Positions 26,442 through 35,799 of a stretch of DNA of 61,018 nucleotides are shown here, one piece after another. The stretch covers positions 1-61,018 of the forward strand of contig CALVQX010000036.1 of NCBI GenBank assembly GCA_944358405.1. Direction: 5' to 3'. How positions within the stretch are numbered: the first letter of the stretch is position 1; each line of letters starts with the position of its first letter. Source of the DNA: an uncultured Bacilli bacterium (GTDB lineage: Bacteria; Bacillota_I; Bacilli_A; RF39; UBA660). The notes under the pieces are model-generated. The model did no database searches and was not told where the DNA came from. It saw nothing but the letters and a program-made list of their open reading frames with translations. A program made the translations under genes and the position numbers.

Positions 26442-28465
26442 AAAATTACCATATTGATGATTATTTTTTTGATACAGACAGTAAGAATTTATATGTTAGA
26501 GGTTGGGCATGTTTAAAAAACTATAATATCGTAATAATGATTGATGGAAAAGAAGTATTAAATCAACAGCCAAATGAATACCGGGATGATATTTGCCGTG
26601 AATATACTTCAAAAAATGATCAGACAAACTATGGTTTTGAGTATAATATAAGTCTTGAAGAACAATATAATAGCGTAAAAATATATGCAGTAAAAGGCAA
26701 GAAAAAGTATAAGTTATTTTCAAGTAAAATCCCAACAACTAAAATAGGAAAATTATTTATTAGAGGAAAGCAAGTCATAAAAAAATGCTTTAAAGTTTTG
26801 ATAAAAAGAAATATTGCTCTCCTAAATCCGTTCTTAATTAAAAAGTATATTTGTACAATAATGGAAAATAGACAATACAAAAAAGAAGAAAATGATTTTG
26901 TCAATCCTAATAATTCTTTTCAGTATCGAACTTGGGCAATAAAAAAAGAAGAAATAGACTATGAAGAGTATCAGGAGCTAGAATATCAACCATTAATCTC
27001 CATTCTAATTCCAGTATATAATGTTCCTAGTATATATTTAAGAGCTTGCATAGATTCTGTTTTAGAACAAACATATTCTAATTTTGAATTATGTATAGCA
27101 GATGATTGTTCTACTCATCCTGACATCAAAGAGACTCTAGAAGAATATAAGAAAAAAGATTCTAGAATAAAAGTAGTTTATAGAAAAGAAAATGGTCATA
27201 TTTCTAAAGCTACCAATTCAGCATTAGAAATTGCAACAGGAGAGTACATTTCTTTATTAGACAATGATGATGTCATTACCAAGGATGCCCTATATCAAGT
27301 TGTAAAAGCTCTAAACAACAATAAAGAATTAGATCTGATTTACAGTGATGAAGATAAAATAGATTTAAAAGGAAATTTATGCTTTCCAACGTATAAGCCT
27401 GATTGGTCACCAGAATTATTTTTCTGCTATAACTATCTTTGCCATTTCACAACTATTCGCAAATCTGTCATGGATAAAATTCACGGGTTTCGTGTTGGAT
27501 ATGAAGGAGCTCAAGATTATGACTTGTTTTTACGTATTGTTGCTACAATAAAAGAAAAGAATATTCATCATATTCCAAAAGTTCTCTATCATTGGCGAAT
27601 GATACCTGGTTCAACGGCGGCTATCATGAGTAACAAAAGTTATGCTGTTGAACGTGGAAAGCAAGCATTGCAAGATTATTTTGACAAAAAAAAAATACCA
27701 TGCCATGTATCACGTGTACCAAAGTTCCCATACTATTATCCTAAATATAAAGTTTCCAAAAAACAGATGATTACAATAATTATTACTGGTGAGGAAAAAA
27801 GAATGAATTCCTGTATCAAAAAATTAGAAAAATTTTCAGATTATAAGCATATGGAAATAATTACTATGAAAGATCAGGCTTTTCATGAGTTGATCACTAA
27901 AGCAAAAGGAAATTATATTATTGTAATGCCTTCCAACGTAAATTTACAGAAAACCTCATCTATTTATAGCTTAATTCAATTTGCATCCGTATCGCATATT
28001 GGAATTGTTTCACCTTGTATTCGCAAAAATAATAGTTACTTTAAATCATCTGGAGTAATTTTATTTCCAGAATATTTTAAACATGTCCTATATTCAGGAA
28101 GACAGAGAACAACAGAAATAGAGCCAAAATTAAAAATACCCGTAAATTATTCTGTTCCTGGAACAAAAGTAATAGCTTTTAGTAAAGAAAAATATTTGAA
28201 ATCAAATGGAAAATTAAAAATACAACAATCACCAACAGAATTAGATATTATTCAAATGTGCTTAAATTTCATGAAGAAAGGATATTATAATGTAAGTGAT
28301 TCTACCAATGAATATCTATGCCATGGTGAATTAGAATCAGACTATGATGTGGAAGAGTATCAAAAATTAAATATTCAAGCAGATCCTTTTTATAATCCAA
28401 ATTATAGTCAGCAATATATGTTTAAATTAGATAAATTAGATGAGGAGATAAAGAATGGGAAATAA
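26438..28465 (+). CDS. large multidomain family 2 glycosyltransferase (N-terminal ~95-aa module, GT2 core, C-terminal GT-like domain)
   Basis: ISILIPVYNVPSIYLRACIDSVLEQTYSNFELCIADDCS...LLDNDD...YSDEDK is a GT2 DXD-type core. The N-terminus resembles the GH25 repeat module (see finding). RBS GGGAGG. Confidence 0.85.
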   Translation: MKNYHIDDYFFDTDSKNLYVRGWACLKNYNIVIMIDGKEVLNQQPNEYRDDICREYTSKNDQTNYGFEYNISLEEQYNSVKIYAVKGKKKYKLFSSKIPTTKIGKLFIRGKQVIKKCFKVLIKRNIALLNPFLIKKYICTIMENRQYKKEENDFVNPNNSFQYRTWAIKKEEIDYEEYQELEYQPLISILIPVYNVPSIYLRACIDSVLEQTYSNFELCIADDCSTHPDIKETLEEYKKKDSRIKVVYRKENGHISKATNSALEIATGEYISLLDNDDVITKDALYQVVKALNNNKELDLIYSDEDKIDLKGNLCFPTYKPDWSPELFFCYNYLCHFTTIRKSVMDKIHGFRVGYEGAQDYDLFLRIVATIKEKNIHHIPKVLYHWRMIPGSTAAIMSNKSYAVERGKQALQDYFDKKKIPCHVSRVPKFPYYYPKYKVSKKQMITIIITGEEKRMNSCIKKLEKFSDYKHMEIITMKDQAFHELITKAKGNYIIVMPSNVNLQKTSSIYSLIQFASVSHIGIVSPCIRKNNSYFKSSGVILFPEYFKHVLYSGRQRTTEIEPKLKIPVNYSVPGTKVIAFSKEKYLKSNGKLKIQQSPTELDIIQMCLNFMKKGYYNVSDSTNEYLCHGELESDYDVEEYQKLNIQADPFYNPNYSQQYMFKLDKLDEEIKNGK

Positions 28466-29651
28466 AATAAAAGAATTAGCAAAAAAATCAAAATATATGA
28501 CGAATTTATATAATCGTATAATACGCAATCGAAAAATGGAACCAATAGAAGAAATCATAAAAAATGCTTATCCTAAGGAAGGAAAACGTATTATATTAAT
28601 TGGTCATAGTGGTGGCTTAGGCGGAGCGGAGACTTTATTAAAAAATATGATGAAAGAGTTCGTTCAACAACATATTCAAATTGTAACATTAGTAAGAGGA
28701 AACGGTCCAATCATTGATGCCTATAAAGAAATAGCTCCTACATTCTTAATCGATACACCAGAAAAGAATAAATATTATATAGAAACACTAAAAAAACTTG
28801 GCTTCCAAAGTGCAATTTTAAATACAGTAACAACTGGAGATTTGCTACCTTTATTGCATGAAAATAAAATTTTTGCAATTAATTTAATTCATGAATTGCC
28901 TGGAGTGATTCGTGCATTAAAATGTGAAGAACGTGCCAAGGAAATTGCCGAACATTCTGACTTGATCGTTTTTCCAGCAAAGTATGTCCGTGATAAGTTT
29001 GCAACAATTGCTCCAATTCAAGTAAAAGAAATCATTCAGCCACAAGGATTATATATGAAATATGATCAATTTCATCCAGAAAAGTCTCGTCACCACCTAG
29101 AGGAAAAATATCATATTCCTAAGGACCATTTTATTATTCTAAACGTAGGATTAGGAGAAAGAAGGAAAGGTTTTGATCTATTTATTAAAATGGCTAAAAA
29201 ATTAAAAGAAGAAAAATATACATTTCTATGGGTAGGGAGCTTAGATGAAGAAATGAGTCAAACATATGAAAAGAAAATGAAGGAACTTCCTCATCTTATA
29301 CTACCAGGATTCATTAGTGAAAAAGAAGTTTTTATGGAATTTTACGATGCATGTGATTTGTTTGTACTAACATCGCGAGAAGATCCATTTCCATCAGTCG
29401 TATTAGAAGCATTTAATGCACAAAAACCGGTAATTGCATTTCAAGATGCAGGTGGCTTTCAAGATATCGTTAGAAATGATGAAAGTGGATACCTTGTGGA
29501 ATATGAAAACATTGATGAAATGATTGAAAAGATTCGTACATTATGTGAGAATCCTAAAAAGAGAAAAGAATTAGGGAAAAAAGCAAAAAAAATTAGTGAG
29601 CAGCATAGTTTTGAAAATTATATACAGAGATTGGCAAAAGAATGTAAATGA
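28455..29651 (+). CDS. GT4-type (GT-B fold) glycosyltransferase
   Basis: The C-terminal motif SREDPFPSVVLEAFNAQKPVIAF matches the E-x7-E-type GT4 signature. RBS GAGGAG. It overlaps the upstream gene by 11 nt. Confidence 0.8.
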   Translation: MGNKIKELAKKSKYMTNLYNRIIRNRKMEPIEEIIKNAYPKEGKRIILIGHSGGLGGAETLLKNMMKEFVQQHIQIVTLVRGNGPIIDAYKEIAPTFLIDTPEKNKYYIETLKKLGFQSAILNTVTTGDLLPLLHENKIFAINLIHELPGVIRALKCEERAKEIAEHSDLIVFPAKYVRDKFATIAPIQVKEIIQPQGLYMKYDQFHPEKSRHHLEEKYHIPKDHFIILNVGLGERRKGFDLFIKMAKKLKEEKYTFLWVGSLDEEMSQTYEKKMKELPHLILPGFISEKEVFMEFYDACDLFVLTSREDPFPSVVLEAFNAQKPVIAFQDAGGFQDIVRNDESGYLVEYENIDEMIEKIRTLCENPKKRKELGKKAKKISEQHSFENYIQRLAKECK

Positions 29652-29660
29652 GGTGAAAAA

Positions 29661-30491
29661 ATGCAAGAACAAAAATACAAAGTCAGTGTAATTATTCCAA
29701 ATTATAATTATGAGAAATATTTAAAAAAGCGAATAAAAGTCATTGAAAAGCAAACCTACCCAATTTATGAATTAATTGTATTAGATGATTGTTCATCAGA
29801 TAATAGCCGTAAAGTCATTGAAAAAATGGCTAAAAAATATCCGATGAAGATGATATTTAATGAAAAAAATAGTGGTTGTGTATTCAAACAGTGGCAAAAA
29901 GGAATAGAAGCAGCAAGTGGAGATTTAATATGGATTGCAGAAGCTGACGATCAAGCCGATAAAAAATTTTTAGAACATATGGTAGAGAAATTTTCTGATC
30001 CGGATGTTGTCTTAGCATTCTGTGATTCTAAGCAAATCAATGAACATGGAAAAATAATTCGCCAAACATATAGCGATTTAGCAGACGAGCATCATGATGG
30101 CAGATATGAATCTGATTATATAAATAATGGTATTGATGAAGTTACAAACTACTTAATTGTAAAAAACTATATTTATAATGCTTCTGGTGTAATCTTCAAA
30201 AATGGAGATTATCAAAAAATCTTAAAAGAATGTACTAAATTTCATTTAGCAGGAGATTGGTATTTTTACATTCAAGTCGTACAAAAAGGAAAAATTGCTT
30301 ATGTAGCAAAGCCTTTAAATTATCATCGTATTCATACAAATAGTGTGACTAAAACGACAAAAAAACAAAACCATTATGATGAAGTGGTAAGGATTCAAGA
30401 AGAAATTAAAAAGAAATATACAGTATCAGAACAAGTTCTAGAAGAAGTGGAAGAACAACGTAAAAAACTAAAACAAGTGCTAGGATTATAG
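29661..30491 (+). CDS. family 2 glycosyltransferase
   Basis: VSVIIPNYNYEKYLKKRIKVIEKQTYPIYELIVLDDCSSDNS...WIAEADD. Confidence 0.85.
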   Translation: MQEQKYKVSVIIPNYNYEKYLKKRIKVIEKQTYPIYELIVLDDCSSDNSRKVIEKMAKKYPMKMIFNEKNSGCVFKQWQKGIEAASGDLIWIAEADDQADKKFLEHMVEKFSDPDVVLAFCDSKQINEHGKIIRQTYSDLADEHHDGRYESDYINNGIDEVTNYLIVKNYIYNASGVIFKNGDYQKILKECTKFHLAGDWYFYIQVVQKGKIAYVAKPLNYHRIHTNSVTKTTKKQNHYDEVVRIQEEIKKKYTVSEQVLEEVEEQRKKLKQVLGL

Positions 30492-30499
30492 GAGGAAGT

Positions 30500-31456
30500 A
30501 TGAAAATATTAGTATTAGGAGGACAAGGGTTTATTGGTCAAAATTTATGTCAAAGATTACTTTTAGAAGGCCATGATGTTATAGTATTAGAATATCATAT
30601 TAACCCAGAAAGATGCCTAGAGGGGATTACATATAAGCAGGCAGATTTTACAAAGATCGATAGCTATAAGGAAGCTTTATCTCAAGTAGATGTCGTCTAC
30701 CATCTGGTTAGTACTACAAATGCAAGTAATCCAGCAAGTGAAATTAAGAAAGATATCAAAGATAATATTATAGGTACGATTCAACTTTTAGATGCTTGTG
30801 TAGAATCTGGTGTCAAAAAGATAGTATTCACCTCAAGTGGTGGAACAATTTATGGAATCCCAAAAGAAATTCCAATTCCAGAAACACATCCAAATAATCC
30901 AATTTGTTCATATGGAATTACAAAATTAGCAATCGAAAAATACTTAAATTTATATCATCATTTATATGGACTAGAGTATACTTCTCTACGATTATCGAAT
31001 CCATATGGTCCATTTCATCAATCTATGACCCAAGGACTAATCAATGTAATATTACAAAAAGTCATGAGAAATGAACCAATAGAAATTTGGGGAAACGGTG
31101 AAGTGGAAAGGGATTACATCTATATTGACGATGTGGTCAATGCTTTAAGCATGGTAAAAAACATTTCCATTGAAGAAAAAGTATTCAATATCGGAAGTGG
31201 ACAATCTCATTCTATCTGTGATATAATAAACGAAGTCGAATCAGTGATAGGAAAAAAAGTAGAAGTTGTTTGTAAACCACCTCGCAGTCAAGATGTACCA
31301 GTAAATATGCTAGATATTAGCTGTGCAAAAGACAAACTTGGTTGGGAACCTAAAGTAAGCCTTTCTGAAGGAATTCGTTTAACCTATCAAGATTTATTAA
31401 AAAAAGATCTCTATGCGAAAGAAGAGGTGAACAATTTTGAGAAAATCAAAAGATGA
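30500..31456 (+). CDS. NAD-dependent sugar epimerase/dehydratase (extended SDR)
   Basis: VLGGQGFIGQN (Rossmann motif), the SSGGTIYG region and the catalytic motif YGITKLAIE (YxxxK). Confidence 0.85.
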   Translation: MKILVLGGQGFIGQNLCQRLLLEGHDVIVLEYHINPERCLEGITYKQADFTKIDSYKEALSQVDVVYHLVSTTNASNPASEIKKDIKDNIIGTIQLLDACVESGVKKIVFTSSGGTIYGIPKEIPIPETHPNNPICSYGITKLAIEKYLNLYHHLYGLEYTSLRLSNPYGPFHQSMTQGLINVILQKVMRNEPIEIWGNGEVERDYIYIDDVVNALSMVKNISIEEKVFNIGSGQSHSICDIINEVESVIGKKVEVVCKPPRSQDVPVNMLDISCAKDKLGWEPKVSLSEGIRLTYQDLLKKDLYAKEEVNNFEKIKR

Positions 31457-32186
31457 TAAAGATGTAGTAATCAAAGTATCACACGTATCAAAAAATTTCA
31501 ATGTTTACTATGATAAAGCAAATACACTAAAAGAAAGAGTTATCTTTTTTAACCGTAATAAAAAAGAAGTTAGAAATGTATTAAAAGATATCAATCTTGA
31601 AATTAAAAAGGGAGAAACAGTTGCACTAATAGGTGTCAATGGAAGTGGCAAATCAACCCTACTAAAACTGCTAACTAAAATCATATATCCAAATAGTGGG
31701 AAAATAGAAATCAAAGGGAAACTAACATCTTTACTAGAATTAGGAGCAGGATTTCATCCGGATTTTTCTGGAAGAGAAAACATTTATTTTAATGCTTCTA
31801 TCTTTGGTTTGAATAAAGCAGAAATCGATCGTAGAATAGACAAAATAATAGAGTTTTCTGAACTAGGCGATTATATTGATAATCCAATCAGAACATATTC
31901 TTCCGGAATGTATATGCGTCTTGCATTTGCAGTAGCAATTAATGTAGATGCTGATATTCTATTAATAGATGAAGTATTAGCAGTAGGAGATCAACATTTT
32001 CAAGAAAAATGTTTAAATAAAATGAAAGAATTAAAAAAAGAAGGAAAAACGATGGTATTTGTAAGTCATTCGATGAGTTCAGTAGAATTCTTGTGTGATC
32101 GTGCAATATGGCTATATAATGGAAAAATAAAAGCAGATGGAAATACCAAAGAGGTAGTAAAAGAATATTTGAAGGAATGTTCATAA
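31437..32186 (+). CDS. polysaccharide/teichoic-acid export ABC transporter ATP-binding protein (Wzt/TagH-like, NBD only)
   Basis: TTG start 7 nt after GAGGTGA; no in-frame ATG occurs before Walker A. Walker A is GVNGSGKST, the signature is YSSGMYMRLAFA and Walker B is ILLIDEVLAVGD. At 249 aa it has no C-terminal carbohydrate-binding extension. Confidence 0.85.
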   Translation: MRKSKDDKDVVIKVSHVSKNFNVYYDKANTLKERVIFFNRNKKEVRNVLKDINLEIKKGETVALIGVNGSGKSTLLKLLTKIIYPNSGKIEIKGKLTSLLELGAGFHPDFSGRENIYFNASIFGLNKAEIDRRIDKIIEFSELGDYIDNPIRTYSSGMYMRLAFAVAINVDADILLIDEVLAVGDQHFQEKCLNKMKELKKEGKTMVFVSHSMSSVEFLCDRAIWLYNGKIKADGNTKEVVKEYLKECS

Positions 32187-32198
32187 GAGGTGATATAA

Positions 32199-32972
32199 AT
32201 GAGTTTATTTAAAGATTTATATAATTATAGAGAATTTTTAAAAACTTCTATTCGCAAAGAATTTAGAGGAAAATATAAAAAATCATTTTTAGGTGTACTA
32301 TGGTCCTTTATTAACCCATTACTTCAATTATTAGTATATGCATTAGTATTTCCGTTTATCATGAGAGTACAAGTAGAAAATTATACAATGTTTTTAGTAG
32401 TGGCTTTAATCCCATGGAATTTCTTTAATTCTACAGTATGTCAAAGTACATCAACAATTATTGCTTCGTCTGGAATTATTAAAAAAGTCTATTTTCCTAG
32501 AGCAATTCTACCGATTTCAAATGTTACAAGTAATCTTTTCAATTTTCTGATCTCTTGTATTATAATTGTGATTGCCTTATTTATAAGTGGAATTGGTATA
32601 CGGTCAAGCATTTTAATTTTACCATTCGTCTTATTGATACAGTATATTTTATCATTAGCAATTTCTTTTATATTATCTTCAATTACTGTTTATATAAGAG
32701 ATTTGGAATACTTTGTTAACGTATTAATGATGCTATGGTTTTATGTAACTCCTGTAGTGTATTCGATTGATATGATCCCTAAAAAGTTCCAATTTTTATT
32801 TCAATTAAACCCAATGACACAAATCATTACTGCTTATAGAGAAATATTATATTATAAGCAAGTCCCAGATATATTAAATCTTATAATATTATTTGTCTTA
32901 TGTTTAGCATTATTAGTTGTAGGCTACTTGATTTTCAATAAATGCGAGAAAAGATTTGCTGAGGAATTATAA
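32199..32972 (+). CDS. ABC-2 type polysaccharide export permease (Wzm/TagG-like)
   Basis: 257 aa with 6 TM helices. The N-terminus LYNYREFLKTSIRKEFRGKYKKSFLGVLWSFINPL is typical of ABC-2 exporters. Confidence 0.85.
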   Translation: MSLFKDLYNYREFLKTSIRKEFRGKYKKSFLGVLWSFINPLLQLLVYALVFPFIMRVQVENYTMFLVVALIPWNFFNSTVCQSTSTIIASSGIIKKVYFPRAILPISNVTSNLFNFLISCIIIVIALFISGIGIRSSILILPFVLLIQYILSLAISFILSSITVYIRDLEYFVNVLMMLWFYVTPVVYSIDMIPKKFQFLFQLNPMTQIITAYREILYYKQVPDILNLIILFVLCLALLVVGYLIFNKCEKRFAEEL

Positions 32973-32975
32973 AAT

Positions 32976-34667
32976 ATGAAAACAATTAAGAAATATAAAA
33001 AATATATCATAGTATCACTAATATTTATTTTAGGATTAACTTTATTATATTGTTATATACTAAGTAATAATAATTTAATAAAAGTCTGGGATCATTCTAC
33101 TTATTGGATAACAACATTAGGTCAAAAATATTCAGTACTACAAGATAGTATTATTACTACAATAAAAAATATATATCATTCAATTAACAATGATGATTAC
33201 AATTTGTTGGCATCGACAATTTTACTTCCAATTTTTATTTGGACAAATGGTAACTATTTTAGTTATGGAATATCGATATTTATTATGGGAATAATTCCAG
33301 TCTTTTTAATATATGTTTTATTATTTAAAAAGATTTATGGAAAAACTAAAGCAGATTGGTTAGCCTTAGTATTATTTTTGATCCCTTTTGCCTTTTCTCC
33401 ATCTATCCATTCTCCAACAATGGAAGGATATCTAGACGTAATTGGCTTGATACCAATTGGAATTATTTTATATTATACTTACAATTATAATTTTGAAAAA
33501 TTCGATTTAAAAAGAACGATCATTCTAAGTATATGTTTTTTATTAACGATTATTTTGAGAAGATATTATGTATATTTTACAGTTTCCTACTTTTTAACTT
33601 TAGCCATCATTTATACGGTGAAAAAACTTTGGATAAAAAAAGAGGCACAATGGTTTAAGCAAGGACTACATTTATTTATTATTGGGATTTCCTTTTCGTT
33701 AGTAACCATTATTTTATTTAGACCAATGATTGAGCGTATTATTATAGGAGATTATGCAAATAGTTATAGTGCCTATTCTTTAGGAAATATATTTTATCAA
33801 ATAAAACAAATAATTCAACATATAGGAATTGGCACATTTATAATATTTGTTGCTAGTTGTATATATCTGCTATTGAAATCAAAGGAAAAAAGAGAATTTA
33901 TAATAATTTTGATAACCAATATGATATTATCAATACTTTTATTTAACAGAGTACAGACCATGGATCAACACCATTATTATATTTTTCTTTTAAATATATT
34001 GCTTATTATTTCGATGTTCTTTGTAGATCTATACTTAAGCTATAGAAAAAAAGGATCTAAGAAAAAATTAGCAGTGCTAATAATAATCTGTCTATATAGT
34101 TTATTAAATTTATATTTTGCTATTAATCCATTTAAAAATAGTGCATTAATTTTTTCTAAAACAAAAATTTCATATCAAAGTGATTTTAGAGAAATGATAA
34201 AACCTACTATGCAATATTTAAAAGAATTATTAGAAGATAATGATGATATTGTTTATACAGTCGCCAGTTCAGGAGTCTACAATAATGAAACCTTTGCAAA
34301 TTATGATCTACCAGAAACAGAATTGCGAAATAGAATAATTCCAACTCCCAATGTAGATTTAAGAGATGGCTTTTCTAATTCAATTTATGAAGCAAAATAT
34401 GTTTTGGTAGTAACTCCCAAACAATTACACTTAGATGAAAAAGATCAACAAGTAGTAAGCATCATTTATGATGCCATCGAAGAAGAATCTCCAATCAAAG
34501 AAAACTACAAATTAATTAAAGAATTTAAATTTTCTGAAACAGAAAGCATAAAAATTTATGAAAAATGTAAAGATTATGATAATGAAGATAAAGAGTATTT
34601 AAAAAATGAATTTAATAAAAGTTATAAAAAATATAAAGAATTATTTGAAAATAGGATAATGGAGTAG
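32976..34667 (+). CDS. polytopic membrane protein with a C-terminal soluble domain; candidate GT-C-fold glycosyltransferase
   Basis: 563 aa, with about 11 TM helices and then a soluble region of about 170 aa. It sits directly upstream of a GtrB-like gene. The assignment rests on architecture and context only. Confidence 0.5.
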   Translation: MKTIKKYKKYIIVSLIFILGLTLLYCYILSNNNLIKVWDHSTYWITTLGQKYSVLQDSIITTIKNIYHSINNDDYNLLASTILLPIFIWTNGNYFSYGISIFIMGIIPVFLIYVLLFKKIYGKTKADWLALVLFLIPFAFSPSIHSPTMEGYLDVIGLIPIGIILYYTYNYNFEKFDLKRTIILSICFLLTIILRRYYVYFTVSYFLTLAIIYTVKKLWIKKEAQWFKQGLHLFIIGISFSLVTIILFRPMIERIIIGDYANSYSAYSLGNIFYQIKQIIQHIGIGTFIIFVASCIYLLLKSKEKREFIIILITNMILSILLFNRVQTMDQHHYYIFLLNILLIISMFFVDLYLSYRKKGSKKKLAVLIIICLYSLLNLYFAINPFKNSALIFSKTKISYQSDFREMIKPTMQYLKELLEDNDDIVYTVASSGVYNNETFANYDLPETELRNRIIPTPNVDLRDGFSNSIYEAKYVLVVTPKQLHLDEKDQQVVSIIYDAIEEESPIKENYKLIKEFKFSETESIKIYEKCKDYDNEDKEYLKNEFNKSYKKYKELFENRIME

Positions 34668-34671
34668 AAAA

Positions 34672-35652
34672 ATGAAAAAAGATGAAATTTTATATGTAGT
34701 AATACCATGTTATAACGAAGAAGAAGTATTAGAAGAAACAACAAGACAATTAAAAGTAAAACTAGAGAGTTTAATTAAAGAGAAAAAAATCAGCAAAAAT
34801 AGCAGAGTAATGTATGTAAATGATGGTTCAAAAGATAAAACTTGGGAATTAATTAAACAAATCAGTGAAAAAGAAAAATTATTTACAGGAATATCTTTGT
34901 CTAGAAATAGAGGACATCAAAATGCTTTACTAGGTGGATTAATGACTGCTAAAAATTATGCAGATATCATCATCAGTATGGATGCGGATTTACAAGATGA
35001 TATTAACGCAATAGATGCCATGCTAGAAAAATACTATGAAGGAAACGAAATCGTTTATGGCGTAAGAAGTAGTAGAAAAAAAGATACCTGGTTTAAAAAG
35101 ACAACTGCAGAGGGATTTTATAAGTTTATGAAAATTATGGGAGTAGAAATTGTTTTTAATCATGCAGATTATAGATTAACTAGTAAAAGAGTTTTAGAAG
35201 AATTTTCTAACTTTAAAGAAATAAACTTATTTTTAAGAGGAATGTTTCCTTTAGTAGGATTTAAATCAGATGTTGTTTATTATGAAAGAAATGAAAGATT
35301 TGCTGGAGAGAGTAAATATCCATTAAAGAAAATGTTAAATTTTGCTTGGGATGGAATTACTTCATTTAGTGTAAAACCAATTAGGATGGTTCTTAATTTA
35401 GGAATCTTCATATTCTTTATCAGTATTATCATGATTATTTATTCTATTGTGAGAAAATTCATGGGTGCCACAGTATCAGGTTGGACATTTACGATATGTT
35501 CTATATGGTTTATAGCAGGTATACAAATGCTATCATTAGGAATTATTGGAGAATATATTGGGAAAATATATAGTGAAACAAAACAACGACCAAGATTTAT
35601 TATTAGTGAAAATTTAAATGAACAACAAAAGGAAACCAGCAAAAAGAAGTAA
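34672..35652 (+). CDS. polyprenyl-phosphate glycosyltransferase (GtrB/CsbB/GacI-like GT2 with two C-terminal TM helices)
   Basis: YVVIPCYNEEEVL...YVNDGSKDKT...LSRNRGHQNALLGG...MDADLQDD, plus two C-terminal TM helices. Confidence 0.85.
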   Translation: MKKDEILYVVIPCYNEEEVLEETTRQLKVKLESLIKEKKISKNSRVMYVNDGSKDKTWELIKQISEKEKLFTGISLSRNRGHQNALLGGLMTAKNYADIIISMDADLQDDINAIDAMLEKYYEGNEIVYGVRSSRKKDTWFKKTTAEGFYKFMKIMGVEIVFNHADYRLTSKRVLEEFSNFKEINLFLRGMFPLVGFKSDVVYYERNERFAGESKYPLKKMLNFAWDGITSFSVKPIRMVLNLGIFIFFISIIMIIYSIVRKFMGATVSGWTFTICSIWFIAGIQMLSLGIIGEYIGKIYSETKQRPRFIISENLNEQQKETSKKK

Positions 35653-35799
35653 AATCAAGATTTAGTTACATAAGAATAATTCCTAAAAACAGGAAAATAA
35701 GTAAGGCAATCCAAGACTAAGATTAAAAGAAAGATTTTCGACTTTAATTTATAATAAACTATGCTATAATAATGCTAACAAAAGGGAGCGGATGCCAAA

